The notes below the pieces were generated by a model, which searched no databases, was not told where the DNA came from, and saw only the letters and a list, made by a program, of their open reading frames with translations. A program made the translations under genes and the position numbers. A stretch of DNA of 35,185 bases from Acidimicrobiales bacterium (GTDB lineage Bacteria > Actinomycetota > Acidimicrobiia > Acidimicrobiales > JAJPHD01): the NCBI GenBank assembly GCA_050744025.1, contig JBOGGR010000406.1, positions 1 through 35,185 of the forward strand, in the 5' to 3' direction. Within the stretch, counting starts at the first letter, position 1, and the number at the start of each line of letters is the position of its first letter. Of this stretch, positions 1 through 8,261 are shown in pieces.

Positions 1-148
1 TCGGCGCCGAGATGGCCGCCTCGGGCGCGACCAGGACACTGCGGCTGTTCACCCGCACCGCCGGCACTGGCAGCGTCCCCTCACGAAACCAGCGGTAGGC
101 GGTCTGGGGATGAACGCCCTGGCGCCGCGCCCACTCCGTCAGATTCAC
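1..148 (-). CDS. tnpA: IS607-type serine recombinase/transposase TnpA, N-terminal MerR-like HTH (partial, runs off window)
   Basis: GTG at 148-146 (minus). Translation VNLTEWARRQGVHPQTAYRWFREGTLPVPAVRVNSRSVLVAPEAAISAP is the typical N-terminus of actinobacterial IS607-family TnpA. Confidence 0.7.
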   Translation of the reverse strand, partial: MNLTEWARRQGVHPQTAYRWFREGTLPVPAVRVNSRSVLVAPEAAISAP

Positions 149-219
149 CACCGCAGCGTATCACTCGATCACTGGTACGCTCGGTACCACTCACTATTGT
201 GTCAACGGTTGCCTACCCC
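1..219 (-). mobile_element. IS607-family insertion sequence, inner (tnpA-proximal) end; element continues beyond window start
   Basis: 65-219 is the reverse complement of 35031-35185 (155 nt, 6 mismatches by hand alignment). Similarity stops exactly at GCCTACCCC (211-219). Contains the start of an outward-reading tnpA. Confidence 0.7.
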
Positions 220-784
220 ACCCTGTCCAAGATCCTGGTCGACGCCAAGGGCCGAACCCTGTACCTGTTCGAGAAGGACGCCAAGGGCACGTCCTCGTGT
301 TACGGGGCCTGCGCCTAACTAAACTTCCCCCGGAAAAAGGCGGCCTGGGACCCTTGATCTTCAACAGGCCCGGCCCCGGCGGGGTAGCTGATCGGCTCGG
401 CTCAGAGGTGGTGAGGAGGACCTCCGCAGCCTGTCGGGAGACCTCTTCAATGTCGGCGATCACCTGGCGCAGGCGCCGACGATTGGCAATCCACTCCTGG
501 TAGAGGGGGGCCTGCTTGTCGGTGACCCGGCGGGTGACGGTCTTGCCCGCCACGGCACGGCTCCACTGCCAGTAGGGCCCGTGCAGGCGTGGGGGGTCGG
601 CCTGGCAACGGCAGCCGGGCTTGCCGCAGGTGGTGTGGCGGTGCACCAGGCTGCCGGGCGAGATGAAGCCGATATCGCCCACCTCGGCAACGAGGCGTCG
701 CAGCTCGCCCTGGTAGTGCGCCAAGCGTGCCTGCTCGGAGATGTCGGTCGCCATGGCCGCACAGTCTTGCTTGACCATGACCAT
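194..784 (-). CDS. Small Cys-rich IS-borne protein (CGKPGCRC...HGPYWQW motif, DUF6788-like); its reading frame exits the IS through the left IR
   Basis: ORF track 194-784. The conserved part is about residues 1-130 (SPGSLVHRHTTCGKPGCRCQADPPRLHGPYWQWSRAVAGKTVTRRV). The tail after about residue 148 is translation of the IR (FSGGS) and flanking DNA. The true stop and start are uncertain. Confidence 0.5.
   Translation of the reverse strand: MVMVKQDCAAMATDISEQARLAHYQGELRRLVAEVGDIGFISPGSLVHRHTTCGKPGCRCQADPPRLHGPYWQWSRAVAGKTVTRRVTDKQAPLYQEWIANRRRLRQVIADIEEVSRQAAEVLLTTSEPSRSATPPGPGLLKIKGPRPPFSGGSLVRRRPRNTRTCPWRPSRTGTGFGPWRRPGSWTGWGRQPLTQ
220..318 (+). pseudogene. COG4315-type secreted/lipoprotein (Yx[FWY]xxD repeat), 5'-truncated fragment
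   Basis: Frame from 220 reads TLSKILVDAKGRTLYLFEKDAKGTSSCYGACA, then TAA at 316-318. The N-terminus is missing, cut at the IS607 end (219). The C-terminal part resumes after the IS at 2373. Confidence 0.6.
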
Positions 785-2367
785 CCACCACTCGCAGCCT
801 TACAGCGTCTACGCTGCCACGCTGCCCGACCAGTGCTTCGTCTGCGTAGCCCGTCGCCGGATCTGCTCTTCGATGCCCTGCTGCCCGCAGAGATCAAGGT
901 GCTGCCCGGTGAGCTGGCCAGGCTCGACGAGCTGCTATCGGACCCGAAGTTGCTTGATCTCTTTTCCGAGCACTGGCGCAAGGTCGGTGCCGAGAGCCAC
1001 CTCAGGGTTGTCGACCGGGGCCGTCCCACCATCGCCATGGCCACCTACCTGCGGGTGATGGTCCTCAAGCACCGAACCGGCTTCGGCTACGAGACTCTGA
1101 TGGCAGCTATAACCGACTCTTTGCACCTGCGACGCTTCTGTCTGATCCCGCTCAGCGCGGCCGTGCCCGATGAGTCCACGGTGCGCAAGCTCACGCGACG
1201 CATCGGCGCGGAGCTGACTGACGACCTGGTCCGCTCGGTGGTCGAGCGGGCCATCGCTGACAAACGGTCCCGGCCCCGGGCGATGCGGGTGGACTCCACC
1301 GTGGCTGGCGCGGACATCCGCTACCCCACCGACGCCGGTCTGGCCTCAGACGCGGTACGGGTCCTGGCCCGAGCGGGGCGCCAACTGGCAGCCGCGGTCC
1401 CTGCCACCACCGCCCGGGTGCGGGACCGCTCCCGGGCGGTGGGTCGGCGCCTGCGGGCGATGACCCGCACCCTCAGGCGACGGACCGGGGCCGCCAAGGC
1501 CGAGGTGCAGCGCCTGACCGAGGAGGCAGCTGACCAGGTCAAGGCATCTGTCCGAGAGGCTGACAAGCTGCTGGCCCAGGCCAAGGCCTCCCGGTCGCGC
1601 CCCAAAGGCGTCTCTGTGGCCGCACGGACCAAGGCGATCGCCTACCTGGGCGAGGTCATCACCCTGTCCAAACGGGTGACCGACCAGGTCGCCAAGCGCT
1701 TCGCCGGCGAGAAGATCACCGACCGGCTGGTCTCGCTGTTCGACCCTGACGCCCGCCCGATCCGTCGCGGCAAGCTCGACCACCCCAACGAGTTCGGCTA
1801 TGTGACCCAGTTCGCCGAGGTCACCGCCAACACAAAGCGTGGCGCTCGCGGCATCCTGCTCCCTCCCAAGCTCGAGGCGGGCTCCACTCACGAGAACGCC
1901 CTCCTCCCCGCCACCGCAGCCGAGCTGAAGCGGCTCGGGATCAAGCTCAAAGAGGCCTCCTTCGATGCCGGCTTCCTTCGCGACAAGACTGAGGCGGTCC
2001 TCAAGGGTGTCTCGGTGTTCATCGTCGGCTCGTCGGTCAACGCCGGCTCCAAGCGCACTCGGCGCCGGCTCGCCCCCTACCGGGTCGGGGCCGAAGGCCG
2101 CATCTCGCACCTCAAGCGCGAGTACCAAGCCGGCCGCCCCCGGCTGAAGGGCAAGCAAGGTGCTCGGATCTGGGAGGGCTGGAGTGCCTTGGCCTACAAC
2201 CTCGACACCGTCGCCGGGATGGAGCCACCCGCCACCAAGAGGCGGTCGCCAGTCAAGGACACCACCCCCGTGACCTAGTCCCCACGCCGACAACGAGCCA
2301 TGGGACGCTTTGGCGTCCCACTTTTTCGGCCTCAGGGCCCTGGTGGGCTTTTTTCCGGGGGAAGTAA
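320..2367 (+). mobile_element. IS5/IS1182-like insertion sequence (about 2.05 kb) inserted in the COG4315 gene
   Basis: Terminal inverted repeats with a 16-nt perfect core: ACTTCCCCCGGAAAAA (323-338) and TTTTTCCGGGGGAAGT (2350-2365). Flanked by direct CTAAC (315-319 and 2368-2372). Carries a DDE transposase and a divergent small ORF. Confidence 0.8.
833..2278 (+). CDS. IS5/IS1182-type DDE transposase (InsH/DUF772-like N-terminal domain)
   Basis: ORF 581-2278. Motifs: LDELLSDPKLLDLFSEHW...GRPTIAMATYLRVMVLKHRTGFGYETL...LRRFC, MRVDSTVAGADIRYPTDAGL, and EASFDAGF. Start placed at in-frame GTG 833 to avoid overlap with the divergent ORF; this placement is uncertain. Confidence 0.8.
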   Translation: MLRLRSPSPDLLFDALLPAEIKVLPGELARLDELLSDPKLLDLFSEHWRKVGAESHLRVVDRGRPTIAMATYLRVMVLKHRTGFGYETLMAAITDSLHLRRFCLIPLSAAVPDESTVRKLTRRIGAELTDDLVRSVVERAIADKRSRPRAMRVDSTVAGADIRYPTDAGLASDAVRVLARAGRQLAAAVPATTARVRDRSRAVGRRLRAMTRTLRRRTGAAKAEVQRLTEEAADQVKASVREADKLLAQAKASRSRPKGVSVAARTKAIAYLGEVITLSKRVTDQVAKRFAGEKITDRLVSLFDPDARPIRRGKLDHPNEFGYVTQFAEVTANTKRGARGILLPPKLEAGSTHENALLPATAAELKRLGIKLKEASFDAGFLRDKTEAVLKGVSVFIVGSSVNAGSKRTRRRLAPYRVGAEGRISHLKREYQAGRPRLKGKQGARIWEGWSALAYNLDTVAGMEPPATKRRSPVKDTTPVT

Positions 2368-2372
2368 CTAAC

Positions 2373-2630
2373 AATGGCCACCGGTTGCTCACCACCGGGT
2401 CCCCGCACATCACCGGGGGATCGGCTTCCCTCGTCGGCACCATCACTCGCAAGGGCGGCGCGCGCCAGGTGACATACGGCGGCCACCCCCTGTACCACTA
2501 CGCCGGCGACTCGGCTCCCGGCCAGGCCAACGGCGAAGGCGTGTCCTCGTACGGCGCCCTCTGGTACGCGGTGTCTCCCGAAGGCAAAGCCGTCACGAGC
2601 TCCGGCGGCAGCGGCTACGGCGGCTATTGA
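2373..2630 (+). pseudogene. COG4315-type lipoprotein, 3' fragment downstream of the IS
   Basis: Reads NGHRLLTTGSPHITGGSASLVGTITRKGGARQVTYGGHPLYHYAGDSAPGQANGEGVSSYGALWYAVSPEGKAV. It contains the second Yx[FWY]xxD unit (LYHYAGD). It continues the fragment at 220-318. Confidence 0.65.
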
Positions 2631-2721
2631 GCAGCTTGGTCTAGCTCCGGGTAGAAGTATAAGATCCACGAGGTGACGATGCCTTGCCCCCACGACCCGC
2701 TGCATCGTCGGCGGGGCCTCG

Positions 2722-3129
2722 ATGAGCGCCCAGCCTGAACGTGAGGGGGTCCGGGTGGTGGAGCTCGCCGTCCTGTCGAGGGGCCAGTCGGGCAACGGGG
2801 TCCTCTGGACCCTGGGCCGCAGCTCCGACCTCAACGTGAACCTCGCCCGGCTGGAGCCCGGGGCCGAGGTCGGCGAGCACGTGAACACCGAGGTCGAGGT
2901 CGTCCTCGTCGCCCTCGAAGGCTCGGGCTGGGTGGTGGTGGACGACGCCGCCCATCCCGTCGAGCCGGCCAGCCTGGCGTTCGTTCCCCGTGGCGCCAGG
3001 CGTGCCATCCGTGCCGGCGCCACGCCCCTCGTGTACCTGAGCATCCACCGCCACCGGGAAGGCCTCCGTGTGCGGTCCGGGGCCGAGCGAGGCGCCCACC
3101 CCAGGACCGGGCGCTCACCGACTTGTTGA
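2722..3129 (+). CDS. Cupin-domain protein
   Basis: ORF track 135 aa. Cupin motifs are GAEVGEHVNTEVEVVLVALEGSG and AFVPRGARRAI. A TATAAG -10-like box lies about 50 nt upstream. Confidence 0.65.
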   Translation: MSAQPEREGVRVVELAVLSRGQSGNGVLWTLGRSSDLNVNLARLEPGAEVGEHVNTEVEVVLVALEGSGWVVVDDAAHPVEPASLAFVPRGARRAIRAGATPLVYLSIHRHREGLRVRSGAERGAHPRTGRSPTC

Positions 3130-3926
3130 TATAAACCAGCCATAGCTAGCCTAATCTTGGTGGTGAACAGGGCGTACCTAGTATTGTCGAGATTATGGCG
3201 AGGTATATCGGGATTGACCAGAGGCTATTGGCGAACTCAAGAGGCCGTGGGAGCGAGCCACGCCCCAGCACCTCTCCGTCACGGCGTACCGCTGCGAAGT
3301 GCCGAACGGCCACCATGACCGGCCGCCTCGCGGTCGGGGAGATCGGCAGCGGAGAGGAGAGAGGAGGGGGGAGTGCGGGGTACCCAGGGCCAGGGCACGA
3401 CAGGGACCGGATCGCGACGGAGGCGACGCGCTCGGCCGGGGCACGCCAGCGAGGTCCGCCTGCACCTGCTGGCCCTCACCAGCTCGCGAGCCCGGTTGGG
3501 CCGTGTGAGCCCGGGGCTTTGGCCGGCGACGGTTCTTGTCGAGTTCACCGACGGCGCCCGGATCGAGTTGGAAGAGCGCGGTCGTGGAGATCTGACCCAA
3601 TTGGCCAAGCTGCTGGCGAGGGAGGGCCGCGACGGCGGGTGTTGCCGGCCACGCTGAATGAGGATGGCGGCGACACTCTCAGCCAGGCTGGGGGACGCCG
3701 AGACGATCAACGACATAAACGACCGAAGTGCGCCCGGCCGGTATTCGCAGTGAAGGAGGGGGGGCTCCTCTGGCACAGACGGGGCGCCCGGGAACCGACC
3801 GGCGGGTGGGAGTGCGTGACGAACACGGTCTGGTGGCATGTGCGGACGGCTGCCAGTGGGCCGACGTCCACACGGCCGCCGTGAGCGGCGAGGAAGGTCG
3901 GGACCGTGAGGGCCTGGCCCTCAAGC

Positions 3927-5237
3927 TCAGCTGTGCGTCGGTCGGGCTGACCACACCTCGGTCGGCCGACCCCGGCCACTGTTCGCCCGTCGGGTGATGC
4001 GCCCGGTGCGAACGAGCAGGTCGAGGGCCGCCTCGATCTGAGCCCTGGATCGGTTGCGGGCGAAGAGGTCCCGGATCTGCGAGCGGGTGAGGCCCTCGGG
4101 CTCCTTGGAGATGGCCCGGCCGATCTCGTCGGCCACCGGGTCGCCGAGCGTGTCGAAGACGAAGGCGGCCGATCGGGCGGCGTAGTCCCAATGGGCCAGG
4201 GCGGCGTTCAGGTGTGAGGCACCGATGGTGCCTCGGTGGTCCAAGATGGCATAGAGGAGGGCGAGGCGGACCACATGGGCCTCGGCCCGCCCACAGATCG
4301 CTCCCAGCAGCCCCGCCCGAGAGGCGCTCAAGGTGGGGTAGGCCTGCCCCCAGATGGCCCGGGCCTCCTCGTCGAACATCAATCGGTCTCCGGGCCGGGT
4401 GAAGGCCACGGCGTCGGCGAGGGCGGTGACCAGTGGGGTCAAGGTGGCCTCGTCTGGAGATCCCCCTTCGGGCAGTAGCTGGGCCCTGCGCACGGCCACG
4501 ACCAGGAACCGATTGAGGAACCCGTTCACGGCTTCTGTCCCTGTGATGTGCCGGCAGAGCTCATCTGAGGTGATGTGCCCGATGACCGAGACGTGGGCCT
4601 CGCTGGCCCGAGCCGGGTCATGCTTGGTGAGGACTTGGAGGACCTTGCCGTCCCAGGCGTTGCGCAGCACCGGGGACAACGTCGAGTTGTCCCGGGAGCC
4701 GGCTTTCAGCACCGAGGCCAGCTCGGGCTCGAGCACCAGCAGGCGGGAATCGGGGCAAGGTCCGTCCTCGTCGTCACGCAGGTGCCAGATGAGGCCCTCT
4801 CCCGACAGCCCCGAGTGGACCCGCTTCGTGGCCCAGGCCCGGTCCACCGTGGCGAGCACGGCTTCCACCACGTCCCAGGACGACCCCTTGCGCCCATGGC
4901 CCGACGGGCCGACCAGGATCACGAACTCGTTGGTGCCATGGCGACTGGCCCCGACCTGGTAGTGGGCCCGACGGCCGAGCACCGAGCCCACCCCCACCAG
5001 GAGCTGGACCAAGATGGCCACCGGATCGGCCTCGGTGGAAGGTGCAAGGGCACCCACCGCCTTTCCGGCCAGGCCGGAAAAGGCCTCCCTGGCGGGGGGA
5101 GCCGGCCAGGGGTCACCTTCAGGCTCCTCACGGACCAGCACGGGAAGGGCCGGGGGCGCCAAGGACAGGGGGCCAGAGCCGCCAGAGCCGTCAGCGGGGT
5201 CGAAGAGGGCCAGCTGGGGTCTGGGGGAGGTGCTCAC
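3927..5237 (-). CDS. DUF3987-like P-loop protein (family usually seen with phage/plasmid primases), last gene of the transposon-like module
   Basis: It is the C-terminal 436 aa of the chimeric 683-aa ORF. The GTG at 5237 overlaps the ATPase stop (GTGA). Motifs: EADPVAILVQLLVGVGSVLGR...GTNEFVILVGPSGHGRKGSS...LLVLEPELASVL. No frame breaks. Confidence 0.55.
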   Translation of the reverse strand: MSTSPRPQLALFDPADGSGGSGPLSLAPPALPVLVREEPEGDPWPAPPAREAFSGLAGKAVGALAPSTEADPVAILVQLLVGVGSVLGRRAHYQVGASRHGTNEFVILVGPSGHGRKGSSWDVVEAVLATVDRAWATKRVHSGLSGEGLIWHLRDDEDGPCPDSRLLVLEPELASVLKAGSRDNSTLSPVLRNAWDGKVLQVLTKHDPARASEAHVSVIGHITSDELCRHITGTEAVNGFLNRFLVVAVRRAQLLPEGGSPDEATLTPLVTALADAVAFTRPGDRLMFDEEARAIWGQAYPTLSASRAGLLGAICGRAEAHVVRLALLYAILDHRGTIGASHLNAALAHWDYAARSAAFVFDTLGDPVADEIGRAISKEPEGLTRSQIRDLFARNRSRAQIEAALDLLVRTGRITRRANSGRGRPTEVWSARPTHS

Positions 5238-6036
5238 TCCGAGGCCACCTCGGTGACCGCGGCCCGAGCAGACGACTCGTCCACCATGGCCTTGCCGGCG
5301 GCGAAGGCGGCCACGAGCGACTGGGTGGCCAGGTTGTTGACCACCCGGGGCAGGCCCCTCGAGACCTGGTGGATGAGCGCCACCGCATCGTCGGAGAAGA
5401 TCGTGTCGGCCCTGCCGGCGAGCTTCAAGTGATGCGCGATGTAAGGCCCGGTCTCGGTCTCTTCCAGGCCCGCCATGGCATAGCGCAGGCCCACCCGCTG
5501 ATCCAGTGCGGCGAAGGCCCCGAGACGCAGGCGCCGACGGAGGGTGGGCTGTCCCAGCAACAACAACGAGAAGGGGGCGACGGCATCCATGCCGGCGTTG
5601 GACAGGCAGCGCAGCCCCTCCAGGGTGTCGGCGTCCAGGAGGTGGCTCTCGTCCACCACCACCGTCACCGCCTTGCCCCGCTCGGCGGACTCGGCGGCGA
5701 GCAGATCCTGGGTCTGTGGGATCAAAGAGGCGGCGTGGAAACGGGGCACGCTGCCCAAGCCGGACACGATGGACCCGTACATGCCCCGCAGGCCGACGCC
5801 CGGCGTGCCCAGGTACAAGGTGGTGTGCCGGGACGCGTCGAGCCCGGCCACCGCCGCTCGGGCTGCCACCGTCTTGCCCGATCCGCACCGGACTCGGCGA
5901 TGCACCACGAGATGCGGGCCACCGCCTCGGCATGGGCCCGGTGGGGATGGAGCATGGATGGGGCCAGTGCCTTTCCAAAGGGCATGCGCGACAGCCCGTA
6001 GTGAGCTCTCAGGCCGTCGATCCCGCCGGCGCTCAC
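5234..6036 (-). pseudogene. ExeA/TniB-like AAA+ ATPase (transposition helper), frameshifted in the Walker A region
   Basis: The N-terminus MSAGGIDGLRAHYGLSRMPFGKALAPSMLHPHRAHAEAVARISWCIAES (ORF 5722-6036) switches frame at about 5885-5895 to GSGKTVAARAAVAGLDASRHTTLYLGTPG...VVVDESHLLD...LLLLGQP (ORF 5234-6370). The ATG overlaps the transposase stop (ATGA at 6033-6036). Confidence 0.75.
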
Positions 6037-7601
6037 GACTCGTCCTTCCTGGCATCGGCGTCCACGCTTTCCTCCGCCTCGCCCTCGGCCAGGCCGGCGT
6101 AGCCGATAGGCCGCCCAGCCAGCTCCGCCTCCCGACGGGCCACCAGAAGCGACAGATAGTCGATGCCGGTTGGCACCGGGGCGGGGGCGGCCTCGGGGCG
6201 GGCCTTCGGGTGGGTGTGGCGGGTGATTCGCACCGGCACGGCGAGACCCATGGCCCGGCCCTCGAAGCGGACCTCGATCGTGGTGAGATCGAAAGGGTCA
6301 AAGACCAGCTCGACCCGGCGGCCGACCAAGGCGACATCCACCTCGAAGGAGTTCCCGAACAAGCTGACACAGGCGACCTTTTTTCAGGAGGTAGAAGTGT
6401 GCGTTGTACCGCCTGAGCTGCGTGAGTGCGTCACGCACACGTGTGCGCAAGCGGACAAGCGCGATGAAGGAGGGGCGCTGCCCTGGCCCGTTCACACTCT
6501 GCCCGTGGCGCACGGTACGCAGAAAGAGTGCGCCAGAGGCCCTCCAGGGCCCTCAAATGGTACACCCCCGCACAGCATCGGGACTCCTGAAAAGACCTTG
6601 GTGACCATGCGAACCTCGGACCAAAGAAAGGCCTCGTGCAGGTCCCCTGGGGAGGGAAGGGCCGGAGGCCCGTCTCGAAGGAAGCGCTCGAGTGGAGCTT
6701 CGCCGGTCTCGGAGTGGACAGCTCGGTGATAGACGACCTCCACCCAGGCGGCGAAGAGGGAGTTGAGCTCGGCCAGGTCGGCCACCCCTCTCGCTTCCAC
6801 CTCGACCACGAACTGGGCCCTGACGCTCCTGAAGAACCTTTCGATCTTGCCCTTCGTGGCCGGGGCCCGGGGTCGGGCGTGGATAAGGCGGATGCCCAAG
6901 ACAGCACAGGCCCGCAGCAGCTGGGAGGAGACGAAGGCGCTCCCCCGGTCGACGAGGATGGCCCCGGGCACCCCTCTGGCGCCCAGCCCCGCTCGCAGGG
7001 CCGCCTCCAGGCGCAACGTGTCCTCGGCATGGGTCCAGCGGTAGCCGACGAGTGCCCTCGAGTAGTCGTCGATGAAAGCGAGCAGGTAGGCCTTGCGGCC
7101 GCCCACCTGGGGACCGTGCAGAGCATCTCCTGTCCACAGCTCGTTTCGCCTGGACGCCTGGAAGCGGCCCCAGACCCTGACCACGGTGCCGTCGGGCCGG
7201 GTGTTGAGCCCGAGGCGGGCGAAGTGGCGCTGGATGGTGCGGGACGAGCAGACCTCGTTGTCCCCGGTGGCGTCCATGATGCGACGGACCTGGGCGGCTG
7301 TGCGCCCTGGCACCTCCTTCTTGAGCGCCTCGGCCAGGCCCAGCACCTGGGCCGGGGTCCGGGGCTCCATGCGTCGGGGCCTCGGCACGAGAGCCTCGAA
7401 GCCCCCGACCCGCCAGTCCCGGATCCAGCCGTCGATGGTGGAGCGGCCGACCCGGACCCGCTCACCATCTGGCCCGGCGTGGGTGGCCTCGGCCAGGGCG
7501 CGCACCATCGCCCCTCGCTCGGCCTTGGACAACTCAGGGCTCGCCGGGTCCCGGATCAATGAGTAACGGAACAGCCCCACATCTCGGTGTCTGCCCTCCA
7601 T
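6033..7601 (-). pseudogene. Mu/Tn552-like DDE (rve) transposase, interrupted by a 213-bp MITE-like insertion
   Basis: ORF 6492-7601 has an HTH N-terminus and the rve core (WTGDALHG...AFIDDYSR...LVDRGSAFVS...RPRAPATKGKIERFF). The C-terminal domain continues in ORF 6033-6362 (FGNSFEVDVALVGRRVELVFDPFDLTTIEV). Removing 6381-6593 plus one GACCTT copy joins them in frame as ...EVRMVTKVACVSLFGNSFEVD... Confidence 0.85.
6381..6593. mobile_element. MITE-like non-autonomous element (213 bp)
   Basis: Perfect 10-bp terminal inverted repeats: TTTTCAGGAG (6381-6390) and CTCCTGAAAA (6584-6593). Flanked by direct GACCTT (6375-6380 and 6594-6599). Lower GC than its surroundings. No ORF, internal palindromes (GCACACGTGTGC, GGCCCTCCAGGGCC). 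Confidence 0.75.
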
Positions 7602-7646
7602 GGCGTCCTCCTCTGCTCGAAATGGCTAGGAGGCCACCTTGACCCA

Positions 7647-8261
7647 TCAGGGAACGGGCGGAAAGGGAAAGCTCGTGTGGCAGTGGCAGAGCAGCGCCCC
7701 GCCGCTCATCACCGAGGCGATCGACCAGACGGGCCGGGGCCCGAAGCGCTGCACGTTGGCACGAGCCGCCACCCCGATCGCCTCCATCGCATCCGAGAAG
7801 GCGTCGCCGGCGGCCTTGATGGGCCCCAGGGAGGGGCCGAGGGCATGCGCCCACCGGGTGAAGTGGGCCCGGATGGCCTCGGCGTCCCTGGCGAAGCGCC
7901 GCACCCAGCCCCGGACGATCTCCATGGACAGGCCGAGGGCGGCAGCGATCTTGTCGTTCGAATTGCCACCGACCTTGGCCTCCAGGGCCTGGCCGATCAC
8001 GGCCACCTCGTCACGACGGCGGATGAGGGTGTCGTCGGGCAGCAGTACCTGGGTCTTCTTGCAGGCATGGGCTCGGCACTTGGCCCGTCGGGGTCGGAAG
8101 CGCTCCTCTTCTCCCCCTCTGCGGCGAAGCACCCGCCATCGGGCGTGGCCGCAGGGCCCCAGCACCCCAGGACAGGTCGGGCAGGCCAGCAGCCCGGCGA
8201 TCAGCTCCTGCTCGACTACGGCCTCTTCAGTCCCTACGATGAGCACGGGTGCCTCCGGCAT
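7647..8261 (-). CDS. Zn-ribbon plus HTH protein, first gene of the transposon-like module (possibly DUF6431-like)
   Basis: ORF 7647-8351. Start set at MPEAPVLIV (8261). Cys/His cluster is CPTCPGVLGPCGHARW...KCRAHACKK, followed by the HTH GNSNDKIAAALGLSMEIVRGWVRRF. It ends 46 nt upstream of the transposase start. Confidence 0.5.
   Translation of the reverse strand: MPEAPVLIVGTEEAVVEQELIAGLLACPTCPGVLGPCGHARWRVLRRRGGEEERFRPRRAKCRAHACKKTQVLLPDDTLIRRRDEVAVIGQALEAKVGGNSNDKIAAALGLSMEIVRGWVRRFARDAEAIRAHFTRWAHALGPSLGPIKAAGDAFSDAMEAIGVAARANVQRFGPRPVWSIASVMSGGALLCHCHTSFPFPPVP

Noticed and set aside
110-322. 70-aa ORF (MNALAPRPLRQIHH...) and its twin at 34541-35140 (199 aa)
   Set aside because: Both are antisense read-through of the IS607 tnpA 5' ends. 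Their similarity simply reflects the inverted DNA repeat. The sense strand encodes a well-known HTH N-terminus.
1346-2452. 368-aa minus-strand ORF
   Set aside because: It is antisense to the IS transposase, with a Gly/Pro/Arg-rich low-complexity translation typical of off-frame ORFs in high-GC DNA.
3146-3163. Candidate terminal inverted repeat of the Mu-like element (CTAGCCTAATCTTGG versus the reverse complement of 8540-8555, CTAGCCTCACCCTTGG)
   Set aside because: Only about 13/16 positions match, with one gap, and there is no TG/CA terminus or flanking duplication. It is too weak to define element ends and is kept only as a degenerate copy of the CTAGCCTA motif.
3373-3657. 94-aa ORF as an IS66 accessory TnpA fragment
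   Set aside because: Only about 30 residues give a vague resemblance and the rest is Arg/Gly-rich. That is insufficient for a feature call.
3927-5978. 683-aa ORF taken as one protein
   Set aside because: It is chimeric. The N-terminal 247 residues are an off-frame read-through across the ATPase gene. The real gene starts at GTG 5237, overlapping the ATPase stop.
6375-6400. Similarity of the MITE left end (TTTTTTCAGGAGGTAGAAGT) to the right IR of the IS at 2349-2365 (TTTTTTCCGGGGGAAGT)
   Set aside because: The orientation is wrong. In the IS the T-run is internal and AAGT is terminal, whereas in the MITE the T-run is terminal. The match also needs a 3-nt gap, so it is probably coincidental.
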